Assembly: GCA_039588295.1 (NCBI GenBank)
Contig: JBDHAB010000007.1
Coordinates: forward strand, 128,001 to 192,000
Length of the DNA: 64,000 nt
Direction: 5' to 3'
Origin: Gemmatimonadota bacterium
GTDB lineage: Bacteria > Gemmatimonadota > Gemmatimonadetes > Gemmatimonadales > GWC2-71-9
Position numbers and translations under genes: made by a program. The notes below the pieces were generated by a model, which searched no databases, was not told the DNA's origin, and saw nothing but the letters and a program-made list of their open reading frames with translations. Numbering within the stretch: position 1 is the stretch's first letter; every line of letters starts with the position of its first letter. Shown here in pieces: positions 57,126 through 64,000 of this stretch.

Positions 57126-59339
57126 CTACCGAGTGCGGAACTCCCGCACTAGTCGCTGGAGACGGCGCGCACTGAGCGTTTCGACCCCGCCACTCGCCAC
57201 CTCGATGCTCACGCGTTCTCCCGCAACGATCACCCGCTCGAATTCACGCAGGTACGACTCCAGTTCGGGGAGTGCTCGCAGGACGCCGAAGTAGGCTTGG
57301 CTGAAGGGCTCGACCCGCACCGTCTGCGTCGTGTTCTTATGGTGCAAATCGACCCACACGCCGTCGGCCTCCTTGAAGAGGCGACCGGCCACGTGGCGGG
57401 TCTGTGCGACGTGCCCACGCAGCAGGAGCGCTTCGTTGGCTGCGTCGACCTCCATCTGGCTCTTGGCCTCGCGGCGTGATCGCGCCTGCTCGGCGGCGGC
57501 CACCGCCACCGCCCCGACCTGCGCACTCGGGCTCGCGAGGGCCGAGACGCCGCTGTCCCTGTTGCGACGGTCGCCCATTGGCACGTTCGCCATGTCGGTC
57601 GGTTCCTGCACGAGATACGACGTGTACTCACTCAGCAGCCCGTAGCGGAGTGCGGTGCGACGGATCTCGTCCATCAACTCGTCGTTCGGACCGTTCAACC
57701 GGATCTCGCGAGCCAGGACGCCGATCTTGCGCGATGCCCAGAGCCGCGGGATGTAGTCGTTTCCGAGTTCATGCTCGGGGAACGCGGCTGATGCGGAGTA
57801 AGATTCGCCGCGACCATTGCGCTGACCACCGACGACAACGTCGCCGCGATGGGTTCGTCGGGTTGGCCGGTAACGCCCGAACACGACCAACTCCTCCCCG
57901 GCAAAGAGATCGGGAAGCACGGACGGGTAGATCTCGAGGAGCGAGACGGGGGCATCGCGAATCTCGAGATCGGTTAGCACTGGGTGCTGGATCTTGGCCG
58001 CGAGCAGGCTCAGCGCTTGCTCCACGTCCTCTCCGGGTTCCACGTACTCGGTGGTACCGCGCCCCGCGGCGGAAAGCCGGTCCAGCAGGTAGGTATTCAC
58101 GTCGTGTCCCACCCCGAAGGCGAAGACGCGCACGGTTCCACGGTGGGTTTCCGCCCACTCGGCAATCCGCTCTGGGTCGCGCTCACCCACCGACGGCAAC
58201 CCGTCGGTGAGGAACATGACGATAGGCAACCGCCTCGCTGCGCTCTCGAGCCGGAACGCCTCTTCGAGGGCGCCGGCGATATTGGTGCCGCCATCGGCTT
58301 GCAGCCGGTCGATCCAGCGGCGCGCCCGTTGGAGTTGGTCACGCGTTGGGCGGGCCCAACCCTGGGACTGCGCAGCTACCGTATTGCTGAATGCCAGCAG
58401 ACGGTACCGATCCTGCGATCCGAGCGACCCGAGCAGTTGTCGCAGCGCGGACTTCGCTTGCTCGATCTTCATCCCTGACATGGAGCCGGATACGTCGACC
58501 ACGACCGTCACGTCCCTGGGCTGCGACGACCCCTCAACGCGGCCGGGAGATAAGGTCAGCATGAAGTACCCGTCCTCACCCGCTGGTCGATGTGTCGCCA
58601 CCGTGATGCCCACGAGCGACTCGGCAAACGGAAGGAAGAGCGTGAAGTCGCCCGTCAATGTCCCCTCTGGCTGGACGACGAGGCGCCCGTCTTCCCGTGA
58701 AACGCGCACACGATGCGTTGGTGAAAACGGATCGCGGTAGGCCGACCCGTTGTCTGCAACGAGTCGAAAGGTCAGCGGGACGCTGCTGGACGGTCGGCGA
58801 ATCGGCCTGTCCAACTGCTCGACCGGCCGATGGCTGTACCGCCCGCCGGCTGCGTAGCGGAACTGCAATGCGTCACCACTTCGCTCGAGCACCTGCGTGT
58901 ACCGCAGGGTGATCTTCCGCGTCTCTCCGTGGTTAATGGGGAACACGCGGGCACGGATCAGCCCGTGGCCGGCCAGCTCGATCAGCGCCGGGTCCCGTTT
59001 GCGGCGAACGATCTCCTCGTAGATGGTCCGGGCACGGTCGGCGTCCATGGTCTCGCCGCGCAGCTCCTGGTCGCCCTGGAACAGCGAGAAGTTCGAGAAC
59101 ACCGCCTCTCCAGGGAGAGGATACAGGTAGTCGCCCTCGCCCAGCCCGCGGCCGTCGTTGCGGAACCATTCCTCAACCTCGACGCGGGCGATGCGGCCGG
59201 TGACCCGCACGGACACGGCGGTGCGGACCTTGACCACCCCGAAGCCGGGGTGTCCATCCGGCATCGGCTCGATCCATCCCTGTGCAGCGAGCGGGGACGC
59301 AACGAGACTCGTAAGTAGTGCTGCGGTAATGGCTTTCAT
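57126..59339 (-). CDS. Secreted VIT plus vWA domain protein (inter-alpha-trypsin-inhibitor heavy-chain-like)
   Basis: Signal peptide, VIT (YLYPLP...YEEIVRRKRDPAL), MIDAS DVSGSM / GGTNI / LTDG, FGVG and LSEYTSYLV. Confidence 0.9.
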   Translation of the reverse strand: MKAITAALLTSLVASPLAAQGWIEPMPDGHPGFGVVKVRTAVSVRVTGRIARVEVEEWFRNDGRGLGEGDYLYPLPGEAVFSNFSLFQGDQELRGETMDADRARTIYEEIVRRKRDPALIELAGHGLIRARVFPINHGETRKITLRYTQVLERSGDALQFRYAAGGRYSHRPVEQLDRPIRRPSSSVPLTFRLVADNGSAYRDPFSPTHRVRVSREDGRLVVQPEGTLTGDFTLFLPFAESLVGITVATHRPAGEDGYFMLTLSPGRVEGSSQPRDVTVVVDVSGSMSGMKIEQAKSALRQLLGSLGSQDRYRLLAFSNTVAAQSQGWARPTRDQLQRARRWIDRLQADGGTNIAGALEEAFRLESAARRLPIVMFLTDGLPSVGERDPERIAEWAETHRGTVRVFAFGVGHDVNTYLLDRLSAAGRGTTEYVEPGEDVEQALSLLAAKIQHPVLTDLEIRDAPVSLLEIYPSVLPDLFAGEELVVFGRYRPTRRTHRGDVVVGGQRNGRGESYSASAAFPEHELGNDYIPRLWASRKIGVLAREIRLNGPNDELMDEIRRTALRYGLLSEYTSYLVQEPTDMANVPMGDRRNRDSGVSALASPSAQVGAVAVAAAEQARSRREAKSQMEVDAANEALLLRGHVAQTRHVAGRLFKEADGVWVDLHHKNTTQTVRVEPFSQAYFGVLRALPELESYLREFERVIVAGERVSIEVASGGVETLSARRLQRLVREFRTR

Positions 59340-59455
59340 GTCGTCCTCTCGGGTTCCTCCTACCCCGAGAGACGATCGAGTGGCGGGGACTTGCACATCC
59401 CGGTGAAGCGCTTCGGGACGCCACGCCGCGACCCATTCCTAGCGCAACGTCAGGA

Positions 59456-60259
59456 TTACAACAATGCGCACCCGGGGTGTCCCGTATCGTCCGGTCCCAG
59501 GTCCGGCCATTCCATGCAGATGGAGGGTTTTGCCAGGCGGCCGTTGGGCAGCAGGCGGTCGTGCAGCGCGCAGGTGATGCCGTCCAACTCCAAGTAACCG
59601 CAGGCGGAGATGACCTCACACTCCACCGTGTCGGCATCCGTGCGCTTCACCTTGCAGAGGTAGGGCGACTTCCGCGCGCGGAGCAGCAACTCCATGCGCT
59701 CATTCGGTTCGGGGATTGCCAGGTCGAGACTCAGATCGCGGCAGCACGCGGCGCCGTGCTTGTTGTCGGCCGTGCGGCACGGTGCGCCCACGCAGGGATT
59801 CGCGTCCTGCATCACCGGTAACGCACGCTTTGCCGCCCGCTTGAGTGGGAGCGTCAACGCCCGCTGCCGACCCTTGTAGAACACGATGGTCTTTTCCTCG
59901 CCGCGACGGAATGGGAGCTGCCCGTTTCTGCTCGGAGGGCCAACCGGTCGCATGCGACCGCGGAACCTATGCACACCGCATCGAACTGGGGCGGCAACGC
60001 CCGGCTCGTTGCCATTGGTGCCCACCCCGGGGGTCGGCTCGAGATACTTGCACGGTACGTGAATCACCGCATCGACCATGAGGTCGTCACCCCGGACATA
60101 CGGTCTTCCGGTCGAGATCCGCTCCTGGTGCCCGAGAATCCAGGTCGCGGCGGCATCCCGATAGGTCGGACTGTCGTCCTTGAGGTCCGCAATCTTCACG
60201 GTGACGGCCAGCTCCCGGCAATGTCTGCCGAGGCGCGTGCAGGGAGGTGGGGTGGGCAC
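59456..60259 (-). CDS. Cys-cluster protein (YkgJ/CxxCxxCC-like, apparently duplicated domain)
   Basis: C-half PCRT..GAACCRDL...CGYL..TCALH...KPSICMEWP; N-half PCTRLGRHCREL...PCKYL...RCGVH. Confidence 0.65.
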   Translation of the reverse strand: MPTPPPCTRLGRHCRELAVTVKIADLKDDSPTYRDAAATWILGHQERISTGRPYVRGDDLMVDAVIHVPCKYLEPTPGVGTNGNEPGVAAPVRCGVHRFRGRMRPVGPPSRNGQLPFRRGEEKTIVFYKGRQRALTLPLKRAAKRALPVMQDANPCVGAPCRTADNKHGAACCRDLSLDLAIPEPNERMELLLRARKSPYLCKVKRTDADTVECEVISACGYLELDGITCALHDRLLPNGRLAKPSICMEWPDLGPDDTGHPGCALL

Positions 60260-60263
60260 CGCG

Positions 60264-60665
60264 TTAGGTTCGGCTTGAGAGGCAGGTGGCCGGCTCGGTA
60301 CTCAGCGTCAGCCGGTTGCTGATGCCGCAATCCACGCGCGTCATCTCACCGGGCGTCACGTTGTGCAGCTCGGCCACGGCCGGCGGTAGCCCGCTGGTCC
60401 GGAAGCGAAGCGTGAGCGCCCCGCCTTGGAGGAGAATGGTCGACCTGAATTCCACTCGGAAATGACCTTGCGTGTCAGTGGCAACACACACCGTGTCCGC
60501 GCCGAAGGCGCAGACTTCAGCGTTGGGGAGTGGGCGCTGTTCCTCGACCACGTACACCTGACCTTCCAGTTTGACAGCAGGGGGACCCACGTAAATCGGG
60601 CCGCCGGGTACACAAGCGGCCGCCACCAGCGTAGGAAGCACCATGAGTCGAGCAGGGAATCGCAT
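60264..60665 (-). CDS. Small lipoprotein with carboxypeptidase-regulatory-like (prealbumin-fold) domain
   Basis: Lipobox AAAC; LEGQVY...PLPNAEV...TDTQGHF. Confidence 0.7.
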   Translation of the reverse strand: MRFPARLMVLPTLVAAACVPGGPIYVGPPAVKLEGQVYVVEEQRPLPNAEVCAFGADTVCVATDTQGHFRVEFRSTILLQGGALTLRFRTSGLPPAVAELHNVTPGEMTRVDCGISNRLTLSTEPATCLSSRT

Positions 60666-60850
60666 GGTGCCATCAAGTTCACCGATTGCAGTAAAAACGC
60701 AAGCCCGTAGCGTACGCACTACCGGCGGAAAGAGCCTCGCTTACATTTCGTGACCCTTTGACCTGATAGGGGTGTCGTGTCGAGCATGGTGCCGGGCGTC
60801 AGCTGTGATGATTCCATGTGCCGCTCGAGGCTACGAGGAGCGGTAACCGC

Positions 60851-62290
60851 GTGACGCGAGGAAACGCGCCGCGCGCCACGTTGATGATTGTCGATGGCGC
60901 GCGCGAGGATGTGTTCCGACACCTCGTCGACCGCGGTGATCTCCCACATCTCTCCCGACACGTGCTCGAGCCTGGAGGGATTGCTCCGGCCACGACTGTG
61001 TTTCCGTCGACGACCGGCGTCGCGTATCTCCCGTTTCTCACCGGGTGCTACCCCGGTACCTGCGATGTACCCGGAATTCGATGGATGGACGTGCGGCGGT
61101 ATCGTGGGCATTGGTGGCGCGACCGGCAACACGTGCGGAGCTATTGCGGGCCCCAGGGTGACATGATCAACCACGATCTCGCGGACGGCATACAGACGCT
61201 CTTCGACCTGGTTCCCGATTCAGTGGCCCTCTGCAGTCCGTTCACTCGGGGTCTCGGTCCGGGTCGGGAGCGGGTCAAGTTCGCGAGAGTACTCTGGGGT
61301 GGTCTTGCGCACTACACAGCCGGGTACGGAAGGTTAGAGCGTGCGGTTGGGGAAGCCCTGTGTCAGCTGGCACCCCAGCGACACCGATTCGTGTTCGCCG
61401 TGTTCCCCGGCGTGGACGGCGTCACCCACTTCTGGGATCCGTGGCATCCGAGCGTGGTGAGCGTGTATCGCGAATTCGATGCTTTCATCGGTGCGTACGC
61501 CGCGGCCGGCGGCTTCGAAGGAGAGCACTTGACGCTCATAGCGAGCGACCACGGGCTCTCTCGCGTAGATCGACACACGGATATCAGCCTCGCGCTCGAG
61601 GCGATCGGTGTGCGGACGCTGCGTCATCCACTCGTATGGCGGCGCCGTCCGACCGCCGCCGTTATGGTGTCGGGCAACGGCTCCGTCCAGGTGTATCTCC
61701 GTCCAGGAGCGTTGCGCGAGAGCCGCTACCGCCTCAGCAACATCGAGAGCGGTGCCGTGCCCGACATTCCTCGACACTTGGTGCGGTACCTCGCGTCGTT
61801 ACCAGGAGTGGCGTTCGTGGTAGCGACTGAGGCAGACCAAGTCTGTGTGATCTCTCGCAACGGCCGTGCGCGGCTCGAGCCAGTCGGAAATGGTTGCATC
61901 CGCTACGTTCCGCAGACCGCGGACGTACTCGCGTTGGGTGGTGAGTCGGTCTCGGCGGATCGCGAATGGCTGCAACGCACGTTGGAGACGCCGTACCCGG
62001 ACGCACCCGCCCAGCTCCTCCAGTTGTTCCGATCGGCTCGCACCGGGGACTTGGTCGTCATCGCCGAGCCCGGTGCTGACTTGCGGCTCGACTGGGAGAT
62101 TCCGGAGCACCGCTCGGGTCACGGGAGCCTCACCGCCGACCACATGCGGTGTCTCGTTGCCGCAAACAAGCCACTGCAGGGCCCGGTTCGCACGGTGGAC
62201 CTGTTTCCCTTGATCCTCGAGTATCTTGGCACCCAACCGCCGGCGGGAATCGATGGTGTGGCACCACGAGTCGGTGCCGGGGGTCACTAG
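60851..62290 (+). CDS. Alkaline phosphatase superfamily / type I phosphodiesterase-nucleotide pyrophosphatase
   Basis: IVDGAR, FPSTT (Thr nucleophile), DGVTH, SDHG and SGHGSL. GAGGAG precedes GTG 60851; GTG 60818 is an alternative start. Confidence 0.88.
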   Translation: MTRGNAPRATLMIVDGAREDVFRHLVDRGDLPHLSRHVLEPGGIAPATTVFPSTTGVAYLPFLTGCYPGTCDVPGIRWMDVRRYRGHWWRDRQHVRSYCGPQGDMINHDLADGIQTLFDLVPDSVALCSPFTRGLGPGRERVKFARVLWGGLAHYTAGYGRLERAVGEALCQLAPQRHRFVFAVFPGVDGVTHFWDPWHPSVVSVYREFDAFIGAYAAAGGFEGEHLTLIASDHGLSRVDRHTDISLALEAIGVRTLRHPLVWRRRPTAAVMVSGNGSVQVYLRPGALRESRYRLSNIESGAVPDIPRHLVRYLASLPGVAFVVATEADQVCVISRNGRARLEPVGNGCIRYVPQTADVLALGGESVSADREWLQRTLETPYPDAPAQLLQLFRSARTGDLVVIAEPGADLRLDWEIPEHRSGHGSLTADHMRCLVAANKPLQGPVRTVDLFPLILEYLGTQPPAGIDGVAPRVGAGGH

Positions 62291-63156
62291 GGTTTGACGC
62301 GACTCGGCCGGCCGTTCATTTTGGCTGCGAACACCCTGCCTGCAGCCAAGGTCGCGGCGCCGGCGACCACCAGCCCCGCCAAGACATCCACCGCATAGTG
62401 CATTTGGCAGTACACGATCCCGATCAGCAACAGCAGGACGGGTAGGACGAAGGTGTATGCGAGCAACCGCCACTCGCGCCAGACAGCGAGTGTGGCTGCC
62501 ACGGCTCCAGCGATGTGGGACGACGGAAACGCGGCACCGAACGACGAGCCACTTTGCAGCACTCCATAGACGAGGCGTGCGCTCCACACTTCACGGACGG
62601 GGCCGGTGGGATGCTCGAAGGCGTAGTTCGGGCCCGCCACGGGGAATAGCACGAATACCACATAGCAGGTCACGAACGCGAGCATGGTTGTGAACAGCAC
62701 CCGTCGCGCCTGCTCCCGTTTGCCCCGCGCGGCGAGCAGCACGGGCCCGAGCACGACCATCGGGTAGTAGACGAAGTAGACCAGGTGCAAGACTCCCGAC
62801 CAGAAGATCGACGGCGCGCGCCGAATCCACTCATACGAGACTTGACTGCCGAAGAGGGCGGCCTCCCACTGCTGCACGATGGCGTCATTCTCGAACGTCG
62901 TGTCCAGACCCAGGGGCACCGTCAATGTCCCGATCTCCGCGTAGAGCCCCAGCATCACGACCAGCGGATAGAGATCGTGAATCATGTTGCCCACTCGATC
63001 GGTCGGCGTGAGTCGGCTGACCAGCAGCATCAGGACTCCGAAGAGGGCGTGAGCCAGGAGGAGCCATACGGTTGCCTCACCCACGCCACCCCGTGCGACC
63101 AGCACCACGGTCACAAAGACGAGGTATGTTGCGAGCAGTTTGTCCGTGTGATTCAC
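62287..63156 (-). CDS. PAP2 family membrane phosphatase/phosphotransferase (PAP2_3 / Aur1-like)
   Basis: FPVAGP, AAFPSSH and HYAVD; multiple TMs. The GTG start overlaps the upstream stop. Confidence 0.88.
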   Translation of the reverse strand: MNHTDKLLATYLVFVTVVLVARGGVGEATVWLLLAHALFGVLMLLVSRLTPTDRVGNMIHDLYPLVVMLGLYAEIGTLTVPLGLDTTFENDAIVQQWEAALFGSQVSYEWIRRAPSIFWSGVLHLVYFVYYPMVVLGPVLLAARGKREQARRVLFTTMLAFVTCYVVFVLFPVAGPNYAFEHPTGPVREVWSARLVYGVLQSGSSFGAAFPSSHIAGAVAATLAVWREWRLLAYTFVLPVLLLLIGIVYCQMHYAVDVLAGLVVAGAATLAAGRVFAAKMNGRPSRVKP

Positions 63157-64000
63157 AGCCAACCGTGCTGGCCGTACCAGCGCGCCGTGTCGTCGAGCCC
63201 CGGCGTGAGCGAGATCTCCGCCCCCCATCCCGTGGCGCGCTCGAGTGCCTCCGCGGAGCACGTCCAGGCTTCGGCGAGGAACTCGTTCGCCTTGTCGGTC
63301 GAGAGCAGCGTTCGTCGACCAAGCATGCGGGCCGCCATCCCGCTTGCGGCAAGGCCAGCCCGACTGAGCGACTGCGGAATGTGGATTGGAAATCGCGGGG
63401 GCGGGGGCTCTCCCGTCGTGTCGTTCCGGAACCGGTAGACGGCAGCGTGGATTTCGTATGCCAGCAATTTCGTCGTAACGATCGTCGGGTGAGAGGCGAA
63501 ATAGGTCGTCTCGGTGGTTGCCGATTGGGTAACGCTCAGCAGCGCACCGATGAGATCCCGGACGTGCAGAACCGAGAGCTCTTGCGCGCCGCTGCCGAAG
63601 ATAGGGGCGAGGCCGAAGCGCGCCAGCTTGAACATTCGAAGTAGCTGGACGTCTCGAGGGCCGTACACCGTCGCCGGACGAACGATGACCCAGGGCAATC
63701 CGCTCGCACGGGTCGCCTGCTCTCCCGCGAGTTTGCTCGATCCGTAATCGCTCACCGGCCGCGGAGGCGCCAGTTCGTCAATGGGGTTGCCACGCGTGGT
63801 CGGGCCGGCAGCCGACAGGGAGGATACGTAGACGAACTGGCGCAGGTTGGGGGCGACGCGTCGGACAACCTCCACGAGACGGCGCGTAGCACGCTCGTTG
63901 ACGGCGAAGAACTCCCGTCGATTGCGCGCGGATACGAGCCCCGCGACATGCAACACCACGTCCGCATCGGTGGCGCCCGCCTCGAGGCCGGCATCGGTAG
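63153..64000 (-). CDS. NAD-dependent epimerase/dehydratase (extended SDR); 5' end is outside the window
   Basis: VVLHVAG, VYVSSLSAAG, YGSSK (YxxxK) and RPATVYGPRD. The frame is open to the window edge. Confidence 0.9.
   Translation of the reverse strand, partial: TDAGLEAGATDADVVLHVAGLVSARNRREFFAVNERATRRLVEVVRRVAPNLRQFVYVSSLSAAGPTTRGNPIDELAPPRPVSDYGSSKLAGEQATRASGLPWVIVRPATVYGPRDVQLLRMFKLARFGLAPIFGSGAQELSVLHVRDLIGALLSVTQSATTETTYFASHPTIVTTKLLAYEIHAAVYRFRNDTTGEPPPPRFPIHIPQSLSRAGLAASGMAARMLGRRTLLSTDKANEFLAEAWTCSAEALERATGWGAEISLTPGLDDTARWYGQHGWL

Overview
GC-rich, very gene-dense bacterial chromosomal window with about 50 CDSs, many translationally coupled. Gene content and style suggest Gemmatimonadota, but this is inference only. 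I found no rRNA, tRNA, CRISPR array, integrase or transposase. Left to right: (1) a truncated Ig-like lipoprotein gene and an acyl-CoA dehydrogenase; (2) an S9 peptidase / degenerate PRTase / secreted PIG-L deacetylase / Fe3+-type ABC transporter (binding-protein gene broken) / MFS operon; (3) hydrolases and an ABC-2 exporter followed by a heptamer repeat array; (4) a TetR-TolC-MFP-RND efflux operon with a clear palindromic operator; (5) a divergent module with nitrilase, GT4 and a pseudokinase-kinase on one side and an FHA-FHA-TM-coiled-coil-trypsin protease plus GH38 mannosidase on the other; (6) an Opp-type transporter head-to-head with a tightly coupled operon of SBP, GHMP sugar kinase, heparinase II/III-like lyase, TrmJ, class III aminotransferase and two amidohydrolases; (7) alternative complex III actABCDEF, then xdhC; (8) a VIT-vWA / ECF sigma / zinc anti-sigma operon; (9) a Cys-cluster protein, a phosphodiesterase, an Aur1-like PAP2 and an SDR cut by the right edge. 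The best candidates for undescribed systems are the pseudokinase-kinase/FHA-protease module and the orphan sugar-processing operon. All functional calls come from motif recognition by eye; no database searches were run.
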